From assembly GCA_002779075.1 (NCBI GenBank), contig PEXK01000003.1:1-28318 (forward strand): a stretch of 28,318 nt of DNA, given 5' to 3'. The notes beneath the pieces are model-generated. The model was given only the letters and a program-made list of their open reading frames with translations, was not told the origin of the DNA and ran no database searches. Below, in pieces: positions 25,538 through 28,318 of this stretch. Position 1 is the first letter of the stretch. Each line of letters opens with the position of its first letter. Both the position numbers and the translations under genes were made by a program. The stretch comes from Candidatus Diapherotrites archaeon CG08_land_8_20_14_0_20_30_16 (GTDB lineage: Archaea; Iainarchaeota; Iainarchaeia; Iainarchaeales; 0-14-0-20-30-16).

Positions 25538-26698
25538 GTGTTCTTTATTTGGATGGTTAAAGATAGGGAAATTGAAAAATTAGTAGATATCTTGAAACCC
25601 CAAGCAAAAAAGTATTCTCAAAAGCAAATTAAATCTGCTATTTTATCTGAAGGTTATGATGAAGACACTGTTCAAGCAGTCTTAGATATTTTGTATCCTG
25701 TTGAAAATAAAAAACCAAATACAAGCAAAGAAGAAGCAAGAACTGAGAGAAGAAAGCAAGAAATAGGAGAAACAAGACAATCACAAAAACAAGAAACAAC
25801 AGTTCAACAAGCAGTTCAACAAAAACCAACAGGGGATGAAAATACACAAAAAGAAGAGTACAAAGACAAGGATTATTATAAAGAAGTAAACTATTTATTG
25901 GGGCAATTAAAAGAAATTAACAAGACAAAAATAACACCATTAAAAGAATTAGAACTTACAAATACGCAATTTGCACAAACTACAAAAACAAATTCTTTAA
26001 GTGCTACTAATTTACAAGATCTTAATACACAGATAGAAAAAAGGAGACAGGAATTAAACAGCATTAAAATAGAACCTGATGATGACTCGAAAATAATTTT
26101 ATCAGATGGAAAGATAATAAATTTAAATGATTATCAAAGAAGAGACTGGAGAAATTACAGAGACAAGGGAAAGACATTAGCAGAAACAAAAGAAGAACAA
26201 ATACAAAAACTAAGACAAGAAATTTACGCATTAAAAAGACAGGCAGGAAGAGAAAAGGAAGTTACACAAGAAGAAAATATTTCAAAAAAGATTTCAGAAA
26301 GAGTAAGGCAAAGGTCACATGGAAGAATACCTGAAAAACAATTAGATATAGCATCAAAAAATGCTGCAGAAAACCTGCGCGAAAAATATAAAACAGAAGA
26401 AATAGAAAGAAAAGATTTAGACACAGCAGCAGATAATATTTATATCCAAATGACAAAAAATCCAAACATTTATGGCGACGAAGAAAAAAAAGAGGAAAAG
26501 GAAAAAGATAAAAAAGTGGAGAATAAAAATAATGAAAAGAAAAAAGAAAGTGATGAGTTGTCTGATTTAAATATAAGCACTGATTTTAACCTTGATTCTG
26601 GTTCAGAAATAAAAGACATTGGTGAAGAATTTAATTTGGGATTAGACTTGAACCTAAATGAAGATGAAAACAAACAAAAAGACAAAAAGAAAAAATAA
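25538..26698 (+). CDS. Highly charged K/E/Q-rich protein with a small structured N-terminal domain; function unknown
   Basis: 386-aa ORF. The likely true start is the ATG at 25553 (MVKDREIEKL...). After about 50 aa the sequence becomes a low-complexity charged/coiled-coil region, ending in an acidic LDLNLNEDE tail and a KKKK terminus. The antisense ORFs here are artefacts of the purine-rich strand. Confidence 0.6.
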   Translation: MFFIWMVKDREIEKLVDILKPQAKKYSQKQIKSAILSEGYDEDTVQAVLDILYPVENKKPNTSKEEARTERRKQEIGETRQSQKQETTVQQAVQQKPTGDENTQKEEYKDKDYYKEVNYLLGQLKEINKTKITPLKELELTNTQFAQTTKTNSLSATNLQDLNTQIEKRRQELNSIKIEPDDDSKIILSDGKIINLNDYQRRDWRNYRDKGKTLAETKEEQIQKLRQEIYALKRQAGREKEVTQEENISKKISERVRQRSHGRIPEKQLDIASKNAAENLREKYKTEEIERKDLDTAADNIYIQMTKNPNIYGDEEKKEEKEKDKKVENKNNEKKKESDELSDLNISTDFNLDSGSEIKDIGEEFNLGLDLNLNEDENKQKDKKKK

Positions 26699-26699
26699 A

Positions 26700-28318
26700 T
26701 TATGAAACAAATACTGTGTTATACACATCAGTAGCAATTACTTTTGAAAACCCGTGTGGGTCTTTTGGCAAAACATTTTTATTAGCAATTATAATTTCTT
26801 GAGTAGTATCAACTACTATATCTACATTTTGGCTACTGCCCAAAGATTTTATCCAAGTATTTAAATTATCAACACCCTCTTTATTTGCTTCTCTTGGCAC
26901 AACAGTTACTGCTACAACTTTTGCACCGTTTGTTTTTGCTAAAGAATATATTTGCAATAAATTCCTTTTTACTGACTTTATATTTGTTCCTGCTGTGCCC
27001 AAATCATTTGTACCACCCAAAACAATTACTAAATCATATTTTTCTCCAGCAGTATATTTTTTTTGTAGTTGAGATAACATCCATGATGTTGGTGCACTAA
27101 CACAAGCTAATGAATCACTTGGGCAACTAGATTGGTTATATGCCGAAGCACTGCTTTTTGAAACTATTTTTCCACAATTTTCTAATATTTTAGATAAATA
27201 ACTAGAATATTTTGCAGTTATTGAATCACCTACTAAAGCAATTCTTATACTAGGGTTACATAATGCCGATGCACTTGTTGTTGTCGAACTAGTGTTTTCT
27301 GCAATTGCACTACCCGCAGATGCTAAACAAACACCCGCAGCACCAGCAATATATGATTGATAATTTGTCCAATAACTTCCTGGTTTTATTCCTGGATTTC
27401 CGGGATAATTTTTAGAGCAAGTAATACTATCGCTATAATTCCCTTCTCCAATTACACAACCTTCGCCAACAACATAAGATTCCGTTGTCATTCTCACACT
27501 ATGTTTATTTTTATATATGTTACCCAAAAGTATTGCCATATACATTATTGCAATTTCTGGATTTGCTCTTGGATCTTTTGAATAATCAATTGGTCCTTTT
27601 GGGTTTGCACCTATTAATAATCCACCACTTGATTGTGTTTTTCCGTTACATGCTTTTGAATATAATTCCCCAAAACTTGCTACACCAAACTTTTCTAATT
27701 GAGACATATCAAACACTGCTAAATAGTCAGAATATTTTCCTGCAGAAATATCTAAAGTAATCTTACAAAATGTTCCTTGCATAAATTGGCCCAGCCCTGT
27801 TGCACTAGAATCAGATCTTTTATTGTCTATATTTGTTTTAAATCCTGATTCATTATGTGCTTGTGTAATAATATTTTTTCCATCCATTGCACCAGCTGTT
27901 TTTGTTTTTAATACTTCGCCATATTTCGCAAATAAATTTGCATAACTTATACATTGCCCATCAGCACCAGTTACTCCAGGTCCAATTGATCCAGTTCCTG
28001 CGCCCAAAGTCCCTTTTGCAATATAACATTTCTTTAAATTTTCTTCAGAACAAAACCCTATTAAATTACTTGCAGAGGTCTCTTTTATTATTCCTTTATA
28101 TTCTCCTGCGCCATTTGGAGTTACATTAAACACATATGCATTTTGTTTTACAAAAAAATCAGGCAAGGCAATATCAATACTTTTTACACCAGAACCCAAA
28201 CTTGAGTTCATTGTTGTTTTCCACGCAAGATTATATGCAACAATTGCAGCACCAGCACTTATTGCTCCTTTCAGCAATCCTTTGCCAAAATTCTTTGTAC
28301 TTTTCCAAAATCTTCCTG
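26700..28318 (-). CDS. Lytic transglycosylase (SLT) domain + SGNH/GDSL hydrolase domain fusion protein; 5' end possibly beyond the window
   Basis: SLT motifs are AHNESGF (catalytic Glu-Ser) and SSATGLGQFMQGTF. SGNH block I is IALVGDSIT and block III is VLGGTNDLG. The hydrophobic LLKGAISAGAAIVAYNLAW near the N-terminus looks like a signal anchor. The frame stays open from the track's TTG (28277) to the window edge. Confidence 0.75.
   Translation of the reverse strand, partial: GRFWKSTKNFGKGLLKGAISAGAAIVAYNLAWKTTMNSSLGSGVKSIDIALPDFFVKQNAYVFNVTPNGAGEYKGIIKETSASNLIGFCSEENLKKCYIAKGTLGAGTGSIGPGVTGADGQCISYANLFAKYGEVLKTKTAGAMDGKNIITQAHNESGFKTNIDNKRSDSSATGLGQFMQGTFCKITLDISAGKYSDYLAVFDMSQLEKFGVASFGELYSKACNGKTQSSGGLLIGANPKGPIDYSKDPRANPEIAIMYMAILLGNIYKNKHSVRMTTESYVVGEGCVIGEGNYSDSITCSKNYPGNPGIKPGSYWTNYQSYIAGAAGVCLASAGSAIAENTSSTTTSASALCNPSIRIALVGDSITAKYSSYLSKILENCGKIVSKSSASAYNQSSCPSDSLACVSAPTSWMLSQLQKKYTAGEKYDLVIVLGGTNDLGTAGTNIKSVKRNLLQIYSLAKTNGAKVVAVTVVPREANKEGVDNLNTWIKSLGSSQNVDIVVDTTQEIIIANKNVLPKDPHGFSKVIATDVYNTVFVS

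Noticed and set aside
25850-26698. Apparent nucleotide-level repetitiveness (aaagaa/gaaaaa runs) in the K/E-rich gene as a tandem repeat or satellite.
   Set aside because: No fixed period could be traced. The pattern is explained by Lys/Glu codon bias (AAA/GAA) in a low-complexity protein.
1052-28129. All other short ORFs in the track that lie antisense to or inside long genes: 1052, 3354, 4283, 8401, 10681, 12831, 13328, 13425, 14311, 15960, 16169, 17949, 18841, 19439, 19698, 20079, 20935, 21829, 21941, 23500, 24427, 24689, 24922, 25638, 26224, 26262, 26470, 26885, 27357, 27485, 27887.
   Set aside because: Each is fully embedded in a longer ORF with recognisable motifs or much better protein-like composition. 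Their sequences are biased (L/F/I/S-rich), as expected for shadow frames.
1-28318. CRISPR arrays, rRNA genes, tRNA genes, IS elements with terminal inverted repeats.
   Set aside because: No regularly spaced repeats of 24-40 nt were seen. No GC-rich structured stretch of tRNA or rRNA character appears in any intergenic region. No transposase-like ORF was seen.

Overview
Strongly AT-rich, tightly packed prokaryotic window. Its marker set points to an archaeon: archaeal-type PheRS alpha and beta subunits, Alba, a PAC2-type proteasome assembly chaperone, a NurA-like nuclease, TATA-like boxes and poly-T terminators. The composition, compaction and surface-protein load suggest a small-genome DPANN-like lineage, but that is inference only. 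Housekeeping genes are truD, pheT, pheS, cysS and albA. They are interleaved with accessory modules. (1) Two cassettes sit directly upstream of truD: a COG1373-type AAA ATPase, and an AbiEi/AbiEii toxin-antitoxin pair. Each cassette is bounded by a diverged direct copy of the first ~65 nt of truD, which looks like a serial integration hotspot with no recombinase visible. A HerA-less NurA-like nuclease lies next to it. (2) A three-gene type IV filament core has a secretion ATPase plus two half-size platform genes (Epd/Tad-like layout) and no pilin or prepilin peptidase. (3) A minus-strand cluster is built around a 1455-aa secreted, C-terminally anchored giant protein flanked by polytopic membrane proteins. 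The giant gene contains a C9 homopolymer, unusual for this AT-rich DNA. (4) Two candidate murein-degrading enzymes sit at the window edges. One is a lytic-transglycosylase + SGNH esterase fusion, truncated by the window edge. The other is a permuted papain/NlpC-P60-like hydrolase whose membrane anchor is cut off by an in-frame TAA. No rRNA, tRNA or CRISPR array was found. All product calls come from motif recognition by eye, with no database search.
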